A stretch of 64,000 bases of DNA from an uncultured Dehalococcoidia bacterium (lineage in GTDB: Bacteria > Chloroflexota > Dehalococcoidia > Lucifugimonadales > UBA3495), in the NCBI GenBank assembly GCA_951812625.1, contig CATOSP010000002.1, positions 720,880-784,879 on the forward strand, given 5' to 3'. Positions within the stretch are counted from its first letter, which is position 1. Every line of letters begins with the position of its first letter. Positions 10,084 to 18,100 of the stretch are shown here, piece by piece. Under the pieces are notes generated by a model. It saw only the letters and a list, made by a program, of their open reading frames with translations, was not told where the DNA came from and ran no database searches. Made by a program: the position numbers and the translations under genes.

Positions 10084-10532
10084 CGGCGGCCTTCCCGATA
10101 GCGGGAGGGGGGCTGCACCTGATGAACCGCTTCATGCCCGCCATGCCCCCCACCGCCAAGGTGATCGCGGTGCTGCTGCTGATCCACTTCGCCACCATGA
10201 TGGGCCACGTCATGGCCGGGGCCGAGCCCGCCGGTTGCGCGGGTTCCGCCGACTTCCTGTGCGGGACTCCCCTGGAAGGCATCTTCGGGCGGGCGCAGGG
10301 GATCGAGGTGTCGGCCAACCCGTTCAAGTTCGCGGGATCGGTGCTGACCCTGCTGCGCATCATGAAGGACTTCACCTGGTACGAGTACGAACTGCTAACC
10401 GCGTCTACGAACATCGTGGTCATGCTGTGGGTCTGGGTGGTCAGGGTGGTGGTCGTGGGGGTGGCGCTGTGGATGGCGCGGCAGGGGCTGGGAATCATCG
10501 CCCAGGCGGTGGGCCGGTTCTTCGGGCGGTAG
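10002..10532 (+). CDS. polytopic membrane protein or frameshifted C-terminal domain of 7375..10083 (start uncertain; alternatives GTG 10002 or ATG 10122)
   Basis: From ~10000 the frame-0 reading is strongly membrane-protein-like (GIGYTIWGGLGPVLFGVPAALVAVTAAFPIAGGG, VIAVLLLIHFATMMGHVMAG, IVVMLWVWVVRVVVVGVALWMA). Upstream of ~9990 the same frame is Arg/Gly-rich nonsense. GGGAGG lies ~10 nt before ATG 10122. Confidence 0.45.
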   Translation: MGTGIGYTIWGGLGPVLFGVPAALVAVTAAFPIAGGGLHLMNRFMPAMPPTAKVIAVLLLIHFATMMGHVMAGAEPAGCAGSADFLCGTPLEGIFGRAQGIEVSANPFKFAGSVLTLLRIMKDFTWYEYELLTASTNIVVMLWVWVVRVVVVGVALWMARQGLGIIAQAVGRFFGR

Positions 10533-10594
10533 CCGACTGCGGTCAAATCGGCAACGGTTGCCGAAATCGGAAACGAGTCTGAAGGGAGTCGAGC

Positions 10595-10936
10595 ATGGAA
10601 GAGACTGACTGCGGAGACCCGAAATACCTGATGTCCGGCCGTGACGTGGACTGGGTGGCGTTCTGGAGAATGGTCCAGTGGGCCGGAGTCGTGTCCGCGA
10701 TTACCGGCGTCCTGTGGGCGGGGTCGGCGCTCTTTGCTCCAGCCGTGGAACGGACGGGCCTGGAGAGGTCGTGGGTCGCCTACGGGTATCCCGTGGCCAT
10801 GATAGCCGCCTCGTGTGTGGCGGGGGCGTGCGTGGGCCGGGTCCTGGGAGTCCCGCTGGCCAGGAAGCTGGAGAATACCCGGGTCGCGTCCCCGGAGGGC
10901 GAAATGCAGGATTCAGAACAGCCCCTTACCCCGTGA
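10595..10936 (+). CDS. small membrane protein (2 predicted TM helices)
   Basis: GAAGGGAG RBS before ATG 10595. Hydrophobic helices VVSAITGVLWAGSALFAP and YPVAMIAASCVAGACVGRVLGV. Acidic C-terminus. Confidence 0.55.
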   Translation: MEETDCGDPKYLMSGRDVDWVAFWRMVQWAGVVSAITGVLWAGSALFAPAVERTGLERSWVAYGYPVAMIAASCVAGACVGRVLGVPLARKLENTRVASPEGEMQDSEQPLTP

Positions 10937-10969
10937 GGCAAGTGATTTGGCGATTTGGAGGAAAGCGAT

Positions 10970-11290
10970 ATGGAACAGATGGATGCCGGGGGAAAGACGT
11001 ACCGGATGACCGGAGACGACCTGGGTGTTTTCGCCGGGTGGCTCACCATCAACGTGCTGGCCGTGATTTTTGTGCTGGCCATCACGGTCTGGCTTGCCGA
11101 AGCCGTGTTCGGCGACCCTGAAGGCTGGAGCAGATGGTCAAGCCTTGGAGCCCTGGCCATCAGCCTGCCCCTCACGATGGCAACGGTCTGGGGCCTACAC
11201 CGTTTCTGGAAGCCGCGCTTGGCCCGCTGGCTGGACCAGCGCATGGCCCCGGAAGAAGACGACGCCAGCGAGACTTCTGAGGCCGCGTGA
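10970..11290 (+). CDS. small membrane protein (2 predicted TM helices)
   Basis: GGAGGAAAG RBS precedes ATG 10970, which I prefer over the TTG at 10955. Helices VFAGWLTINVLAVIFVLAITVWLA and LGALAISLPLTMATVWGL. Acidic tail. Confidence 0.55.
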   Translation: MEQMDAGGKTYRMTGDDLGVFAGWLTINVLAVIFVLAITVWLAEAVFGDPEGWSRWSSLGALAISLPLTMATVWGLHRFWKPRLARWLDQRMAPEEDDASETSEAA

Positions 11291-11910
11291 TGAGCCTGGG
11301 GATGGGCCGGTGCGTAACCCTGTTCATCATCGCCCTGCTGGGTGTGCTGGGCCGGATGGTCGCGCCGGAGACCGGGGGGGCGCTCCCCGACCTGGAGGGC
11401 CAACCCCTGGTCTCGGAATGGGGTCTGCTCTATTCGGCGGTCCGGCAGGCCGGAATCCTGGCCGCCATCGTCGGAGTGCTGGTGGCCTGCGCCATGCAGA
11501 ACCGGGAGGAAGTGGCCGGAGGGACCCTGGTGCTGGCCCCCCTGGCCGTCCTGGCCTACCTTGCGCTGCCCGCCGTGCTTCCGCCCGACTCGGGCGCGCT
11601 GGGGGCGCTCCTGGCGATGATGGCCCTGTTCGCCGTGTGCCTCGGGACCTGGACCGACCTCCAGCCCGACGACTATGGGCGTCCCGCCTTCTACAGCGCC
11701 CTGGGCGTCGTGCTGGCCCTGGTGGTCTACGTCGGGGGGCTGGAGCAGGCGGCGGCGGTGCCAAGGCTGGTTATGGGGGCCGACGCCGACCCCCGCGCCC
11801 TCTGGGGGCTGGAGCTGCTGGCCGTGCTGGTGGTCCCGGCGGCCCTTACCATCCTGCCCGGACTGAAGCTGGCCTGGAACCGCGCGCCCAGCGGGGCGTG
11901 GTGGTCGTGA
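11287..11910 (+). CDS. polytopic membrane protein (about 5-6 TM helices)
   Basis: The start overlaps the upstream stop (GTGATG at 11287-11292). The whole length is successive hydrophobic helices (VTLFIIALLGVLG, ILAAIVGVLVACAM, LVLAPLAVLAYLALPAVL, LGALLAMMALFAVCLG, ALGVVLALVVYVGG, LELLAVLVVPAALTILPG). Confidence 0.6.
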   Translation: MMSLGMGRCVTLFIIALLGVLGRMVAPETGGALPDLEGQPLVSEWGLLYSAVRQAGILAAIVGVLVACAMQNREEVAGGTLVLAPLAVLAYLALPAVLPPDSGALGALLAMMALFAVCLGTWTDLQPDDYGRPAFYSALGVVLALVVYVGGLEQAAAVPRLVMGADADPRALWGLELLAVLVVPAALTILPGLKLAWNRAPSGAWWS

Positions 11911-12053
11911 GGCGGGAGGAAACCCAACATGCCTACAGGCCCTTGTCAGCCCTGGAACCGTAGCCTCTCGCGCAAGCGCAATAATTTTATCAGACTAGGT
12001 TTTTCAAGACAGATTTTTCGACAGATAAGGAAATGAGAGGAGGCAGTGCGGTC
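11911..12053 (+). promoter_or_regulatory. AT-rich intergenic gap, probable operon boundary/promoter region
   Basis: This is the only sizeable non-coding gap in the first 31 kb and is conspicuously AT-rich (gcaataattttatcagactaggtttttcaagacagatttttcgacagataagg). It is followed by a GAGAGGAGG RBS 8 nt before ATG 12054. I could not assign exact -35/-10 boxes. Confidence 0.3.
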
Positions 12054-12908
12054 ATGACCCTATCCGACGTTCAGGAACACATCAACGGGGCCAGCGAAGC
12101 GCCCCCTCCCAACGCAGGGGAGGCTGCGGCCCAGGGATACAGCCCCGACCGGGCGCACCCCCTGGACCTGCGGAGCGAGTCCCGCCCCGGCAGCCACGAC
12201 GCCTACATGGGCATGGTCCGGTCGATGGTTGACCGGGAGATGCGGACCCTGGGCAGCTACATCCAGGCCGGGCGGTACAGGCATCAGAGGCTGCGGTCCT
12301 TGGTCACCCGGCTGTACCACCTGTCCCTCTGGCAGATCACCGCCCCTGCGGGCCTTCTGAACCACCGGCGCACTGAGCTGATCCGGGAGCGCAGCGCCAT
12401 ACAGGAGTTGCTCAGGGGCTTCGGCAAGCCCCTGGACCCCGAGGACGTGAGGAAGCTGGACGAAGACCAGCGGGAAGAGCTGTACGGGACTTCCCTCTTC
12501 TACGGGGAGGAGACGCTGAAGCAGTTCACCGGCTCCGCCTGGCTGGTCCCTATGGGCCTTCGGGACGCCTACGACCGCCTCGATGAGATCACCGCACGGG
12601 TAAAGAACCTCACCGTCCAGATACAGGAGGCCCAGCGCAACGGCCACTACTGGGACGGCGGGCCGCTGATCGAATACTTCAGGACTCCCTACAAGGACCG
12701 GGGGGACATCGACCTGATGGCCATCGCTCCCCCCTTCCTCCTGAAGCTCCAGGCGTACATCGACGTATCCATATCCGAGGTCTGGCGGCACCAGGCGCAG
12801 CGGATCACATCGCAGAGCGCCGACGGCGACGAGGCCTCCGACGTTGAGCCTGAAGCTGAACCAGGGAAGAAGAAGCGCAGCCTGTTCGGAAGGATGAGAG
12901 GGAAATGA
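12054..12908 (+). CDS. hypothetical soluble protein (284 aa), first gene of operon B
   Basis: A strong RBS precedes ATG 12054; the ATG at 12033 would sit on the RBS itself. Charged, helical-looking sequence with a basic C-terminal tail (PGKKKRSLFGRMRGK). The stop overlaps the next start (ATGA 12905-12908). Confidence 0.65.
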   Translation: MTLSDVQEHINGASEAPPPNAGEAAAQGYSPDRAHPLDLRSESRPGSHDAYMGMVRSMVDREMRTLGSYIQAGRYRHQRLRSLVTRLYHLSLWQITAPAGLLNHRRTELIRERSAIQELLRGFGKPLDPEDVRKLDEDQREELYGTSLFYGEETLKQFTGSAWLVPMGLRDAYDRLDEITARVKNLTVQIQEAQRNGHYWDGGPLIEYFRTPYKDRGDIDLMAIAPPFLLKLQAYIDVSISEVWRHQAQRITSQSADGDEASDVEPEAEPGKKKRSLFGRMRGK

Positions 12909-13360
12909 GAAGCATAGGCATAGGGCGAGACCTTGTTAAGACGTCGGAGGAAGACGCCCCGGTGACCATTGAACACCAGGACGGCTACCTGGAGGTGATT
13001 CCCGACGCCAAGCGGGAGCTGGGGCTGATCACCCACGAGGAGAGCCGCCAGGTACTGCCGGAGCGGGACCGGGTGCCCCAGTACCGGCTGAGTCTGGACG
13101 GGGATTTCGCGGAGCTGGACGGGGAGGTTGACTACTACGACGACGAGTTGACCGACCCGATCTTCAACCCCAGCTTCGCATTCGGAGCCTCGCTCGCAGC
13201 CTACGAAGCTGCGGAACGGGGGGAGCTGGGAGAGCCGGAGAACGTCAAGGCCCACGCCAAAGTCCAGTGGATCGCGGCGGCTGGCGGGGTGGCCTTCCTG
13301 GGCCTCTCCGCCCTGGCGGGGCTGGCGGTGCTGGGCGTACTGCCCTGGCAGGGAGGTTAG
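12905..13360 (+). CDS. hypothetical tail-anchored membrane protein (151 aa)
   Basis: ATGA-coupled start. Acidic N-terminal part and a single C-terminal TM helix (IAAAGGVAFLGLSALAGLAVLGVL). Confidence 0.6.
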   Translation: MRSIGIGRDLVKTSEEDAPVTIEHQDGYLEVIPDAKRELGLITHEESRQVLPERDRVPQYRLSLDGDFAELDGEVDYYDDELTDPIFNPSFAFGASLAAYEAAERGELGEPENVKAHAKVQWIAAAGGVAFLGLSALAGLAVLGVLPWQGG

Positions 13361-13362
13361 GG

Positions 13363-15165
13363 ATGGTCAGCAGCGTTCTTGTTGCCCGCATCCTGGTGCT
13401 TCTGGGAGTCCTGGCCCTGCTGGGGGCCGGGGGCGGATACGTGGGGTACGAGGAACCCTGGGCCTTCGGACTCCGCCCAGGGAGTCCCGACGCCCGTTAC
13501 GGCCCCCTGGTCGGCGCTGTGGCGGGAATTTGCCTTGGCATCGCAGCCACGCTGGTCGTCGCGGTAGTGCGCCAGCGGCGTGGGCGTCCGGCCAAGACCG
13601 CACTCCAACCCATCGACTGGCAGGAACTACACGACCCGGCTGACTCCCATGCCTCCCCCGCCGTGGTCGTCTGCGAGATGTGCCGCGCCACATCCGATTG
13701 CGAATGCCCCCAGTGTGACGTATGCGGCCAGAAGGGAGACCCCGGCTGCTACGTCTCCGGCAACCGGGTCAATCATGGGCTGATGATGTCTCCTGAGCTG
13801 CTGGAGCGCAGGGCCAGTCTTCCGGGCGCGGTACTCATGTGTAGCCTTTGCCGCTCAAGACGGGGCTGCGAATGCCCCCGGTGTGACTTTTGCGGCCAGA
13901 AGGGAGACCCCGGCTGCTACGTCTCCGGCAACCGGATCAATCATGGGCTGATGCGCCAGCCTGAGCCGGAAGACGCCGCCATTCCAGTGCCCGTTCTTGC
14001 GTCGGCGGACTGGCTGGAACTGCACGACCCCGGCCTCCAGGCATCCCACGAGGAAGAACCGGCCGACGCTCCGGTCTCAAAGTGGGAGGAACCGTCGAAG
14101 CTGCAAAGGCTCCTGCAAGGGCCGCTGCCCGGCCCGCGCTCCGGGAACTTCATCGGCCCCCGGATGCCCATGACCCTGGAGATGGTCGCGCAGCGGGCGC
14201 AGAACGACGACCAGCCCCTGCGGGCCAAGAGCGGCGGCAGGCTCACCGCCACCGAGTACCCCGAGGTCCTGGAGCGGCAATGGCGGGAGTGGACCGAGAT
14301 GTTCGGAGACGGCGGCGGCGGCGGACATCTCTCCCGGCCCGTTGTCATTGCAGGGCTGGCGCTGGCGGCGCTGGTGCTGACCGGGCTGGGGTACGCCTTC
14401 GGACCCTTGGTCCTGGGAGGGTTCCAGGGAGGGGCCGTGGCCGGGGCCAAGACCACCTGGCAGACTCTCACGCCCTTCGCGGGCGCGTTTGGCGGCCTGC
14501 TGTTGTCCGCAATCGCCGCCTGGTTTGTCCTGGTCAAGAAGGGCGCGGGGAAGGATGAGAGCAAGGTTGGCTCCAAGTACGAACAGGTCTATGCCCCGGC
14601 GCGCATTACCCAGGTGAAGTATATCGACGATTCCGGGCGAGAGGTTGAAAAGGATGCGCCCGACGCCCGGCGCTACGTGGTCCGCAGGATGATTACCGAC
14701 CTGATGAGAGCGCCCTTCGCCCACCGGCAGGAGGGAATCTTCGTCAGCGGGGAGAAGATGTCCAAGGACCAGCTCTTCCGCCAGGGGGAGATACGGCTGG
14801 AGACCACCAAGGACCTCTCGAAGCTGACCAGGCCCGAGGAACTCTACGACGCCGGACCCCTGACCGGAAGGTGGCGCGGCGTCTCCAGCCTGCGCTGGTA
14901 CGTGGGCCTCCGCAACCCGATTGAAACGGGCATGGCGGCCAGGGAGTGGGAGATCGAGGGAGAGTCCAACGGGGGGGCCGGGCGTTTCTTCACCAGCAAC
15001 GCGGGCTTCCTGGCCCTGGTGATCGGCGTGATTGGCGGGATCATATTCTTCTTCGCAGCCCTGGACCACCGGGGGAACCTGGACCAGGAAGTCAGCGAGC
15101 TTATGGATCGGACTCCCAGGGCGGTGCAGGAAGCGCAGTCCCGGACCCCGCCCGGATCGAACTGA
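13363..15165 (+). CDS. polytopic membrane protein with duplicated 7-Cys (zinc-ribbon-like) cytoplasmic modules
   Basis: GGGAGG RBS 7 nt before ATG 13363; the listed start 13267 lies inside the upstream gene. TM helices are present at the N-terminus, middle and C-terminus. Two paralogous modules are CEMCRATSDCECPQCDVCGQKGDPGCYVSGNRVNHGLM and CSLCRSRRGCECPRCDFCGQKGDPGCYVSGNRINHGLM. Confidence 0.7.
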   Translation: MVSSVLVARILVLLGVLALLGAGGGYVGYEEPWAFGLRPGSPDARYGPLVGAVAGICLGIAATLVVAVVRQRRGRPAKTALQPIDWQELHDPADSHASPAVVVCEMCRATSDCECPQCDVCGQKGDPGCYVSGNRVNHGLMMSPELLERRASLPGAVLMCSLCRSRRGCECPRCDFCGQKGDPGCYVSGNRINHGLMRQPEPEDAAIPVPVLASADWLELHDPGLQASHEEEPADAPVSKWEEPSKLQRLLQGPLPGPRSGNFIGPRMPMTLEMVAQRAQNDDQPLRAKSGGRLTATEYPEVLERQWREWTEMFGDGGGGGHLSRPVVIAGLALAALVLTGLGYAFGPLVLGGFQGGAVAGAKTTWQTLTPFAGAFGGLLLSAIAAWFVLVKKGAGKDESKVGSKYEQVYAPARITQVKYIDDSGREVEKDAPDARRYVVRRMITDLMRAPFAHRQEGIFVSGEKMSKDQLFRQGEIRLETTKDLSKLTRPEELYDAGPLTGRWRGVSSLRWYVGLRNPIETGMAAREWEIEGESNGGAGRFFTSNAGFLALVIGVIGGIIFFFAALDHRGNLDQEVSELMDRTPRAVQEAQSRTPPGSN

Positions 15166-18100
15166 TGGCCATTAACAGACCATGCCGGCGTGGCCGCGGC
15201 AGCCGGATATGCACCCATTCCCGGCGCGGCCGCAGGAGTGGCAGCCGCGAAACAGGCCAGTTGGGAGATGAACGATTGCTGAAGCACAGAGACGGGGAGA
15301 GCGGATTCCCGGCCCTTTGGGACCTTCGCGGATACTGGGGGGCCTGCTTCGACCGGCCCCAGGCGGACTCCGACGGGGACGGCATCTCAGACCAGGCCGA
15401 GGAATACTACGCCGACAACCCGGAGGAGTTCGAGGAGCTTCAGGACTGGCTTGAGGATATGGGTGTCGATCCCTACCCCGACGACGCCATCGGCGACAAC
15501 AGCGACGACGACAGCGACGGGGAGTCGCCTGCGTTCAATGAGCTGATGGGCCTGGCCGCAGGCTCCAACCGGCCGTCCAGCGGGGCAAGGCCGCGAGGCC
15601 AGCACCTGGGCGACCCGCGCCACGACCAGGACCACCCCGACTACGACGAAGAGCAAGACCCCGGCAGCGACGACTTCAACCCTGGCTCCTTGAACCCGCA
15701 GGAACAGGAGTCGCTGACCCTGGAGCAGATGCGCCAGGACCTCAGCCTGCTGACCGGCCAGGGACAACCCCCTGCCGGACAACAGGACCAGCCCAAGACC
15801 TACGATGAGGCCCTACAGGCGTCCTCTGACGCGAATATGGCCTACAACGAGGGATTGGCGTCGGGCGCGTCCCCAGAGGAGATGGCCAGGCTGGAGGCGG
15901 AACGGGACGCTGCGCAACAGGCTTTTAGTTCTGCCGCAGAACGGAACAGGCGATTGGGGCGCAGTTCCGCCCCCCGGCACCTCGGCGATCCCCGGATTGA
16001 GGAAGACCACCCTGACAACCTTCCATCGGAAGAGACCACGGAGGGCCTCTGGGCCGAGGCCCTGGATGTATTGACCGGGGCATCCCCTACCCCCCGGACT
16101 GCTGCCCCCCTGATTGGGCAACATCTCGGCGATCCCAGGACAGACCCCTCGCACCCCGGGTACACGGGCTTCCAGGACCCTGCCAGCCCCGGCTACGACC
16201 GCTCGGAGCTGGACCCAGGCGACGCGGTGGGCCTCTACTGGCACCGGCAGGACACTGACCCCGAGGAGGCCACATCCCAGCAGCGATGGGAGGCATGGCA
16301 GATCGAGCGGGAGGCGGTCGAGCGGCTCCTGGACCCGGAGAACCTTCCGGAAGACCCGGAGGAGCTGCGCCGCTACTACACGGAACGGGTTCAACCCCAC
16401 GTCGAGGCCGCTATCGGGAGGCACGGAGACCTGAGTTTCGAGTCCACCGAGGGAAAGACCTTCGACGCCGGGGAACAGCTTCGCGGCGCGGTGGACTACC
16501 ATGTCGCATCTCTTGACACCAGGCAGCACAACGAGGCCATCGCCGATCAGTTGGAGATTCCCGGTTACGAAGATATGTCCGACCGCGAGCTGGCGGACGC
16601 GATCCAGGACAGCACCATCAGCACGGCACAGGGCCAGGGCTTCACCTTCGTAAACAACCCTGGGGCCGGGTCAAGGTACGACCAGGCGGCGCGGTATCTC
16701 CAGCAGCAGAGATACCAGGGCGAACAGGACACGATCAACGCGGCCCTGGGCAGCGGATGGGACCGGGCGCTGGGAACGCCCACCTATGAGCAGGCGGTGG
16801 ACTTCCTGGAGGGCCAGAACCAGTACATTGAACGGCACAATGAGCAGGTCCAGGCCCAAAATCTTGCCCTCGCCATTGAACACGGCTACGTTCCGGACGG
16901 CCCGGACCGCACTCCAGTCACGCCCTATGAGTACCTCCAGCAGTTGCAGGCGGAGTCCCGTGCAGCCGGGACTCGCGCCGAGGAAGGAGCCCTGGAGGAC
17001 CTGGCCGTGACCGCCGCCGGAAATCTGGACTTCACCGAGACCGGCAGCCTTGAAGAGCAGGGCAACATCGCCGCCTACAACAGTTACTTTGTGCGGTTGA
17101 CGGGGCATGAACCTACCGGCGACCCGGACGCGGATACGGCCCTGATAGCCGCAGCAGTAACCAGGGGCGAGACCGGGGCGCTTGAAGACCAGGGCAACAT
17201 CGCCGCCTACAACCGATGGTTCCAGGACTTCACCGACGGACAACTTCCCACCGGCATCGGTTACCTGGACGAAGCGGCGATCAGGGCAGCGGCGGGGCGG
17301 CGACTCGACCGGGACAGGAGCATCGCGGGAGACGAGGAAAGCGGCATTGGCGTCGGAACGCTGGAGAGCCTGCTGGCCCGGTTCGATACTATGCAGCGCC
17401 AACAGGAGCTCGACGAGGGCATAGAGGGAGACGAGGAAAGCGGCATTGGGGCCGGAACGCTGGAGAGGCTCAGACAGAGGGCTTTCCTCGGGGGCCTGGG
17501 CGGGGAAGACGACCTCGCCGCCGAGGAGTCCGCCCAGGTGCGCGATTCATGGGAGAGGGAATGGGAGAGCGTTGGCATAGCTGCCCCTCCCCATCCCTCG
17601 GACTACACCAGCGCGGACGAATACCGGCACGACCTGGAGATATGGAAGGAACGCCAGGAGAACCGCGCTCTGATTAACCCCGGTCTGGAACAAGGACTGG
17701 ACAACCTGGCGCTGCACGAGGCGGGGTTGCAGCAGGCCCTTGCCGACAACGAGGCGATTGCCCAGCTCTTCCACAATGAACTGGCGGACTCCAGGTATTT
17801 CATCCCCGATGACGCCAGGACTCATGCCGACGACATGACCGGGCTTTCCCCCGGCCAACTGGAGAAGGCCACCCAGATAGCTGCCGGGGAAACCCTGTCC
17901 CCCGTGGTGGTGGGCCACGTCGTTCTGGACCCGATGCAGTCCTTCGACCGGGAATCCTATGAGCAGGCCGTCTTGATGGCCAGAAGCGACCCGGAACTGG
18001 ACCAGCAGGTCAGAGAGTACGCCCAGGGCTACGGCCTGTACCGCCTGGAGCTTCCCGAATCCGAGATGAACGCACGGCGACTCCGGCTGCTGGAGGTCCT

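Noticed and set aside
14946-15164. Upstream extensions of listed ORFs: 14946 for the 2104-aa gene, 13267 for the Cys-module gene, 28978 for the PPIase, 55136 for the LRR gene and 12033 for the 284-aa gene.
   Set aside because: In each case the extension lies inside the preceding gene or on top of the RBS. A downstream ATG with a Shine-Dalgarno motif and a sensible N-terminus (signal peptide or stop-start coupling) is available.
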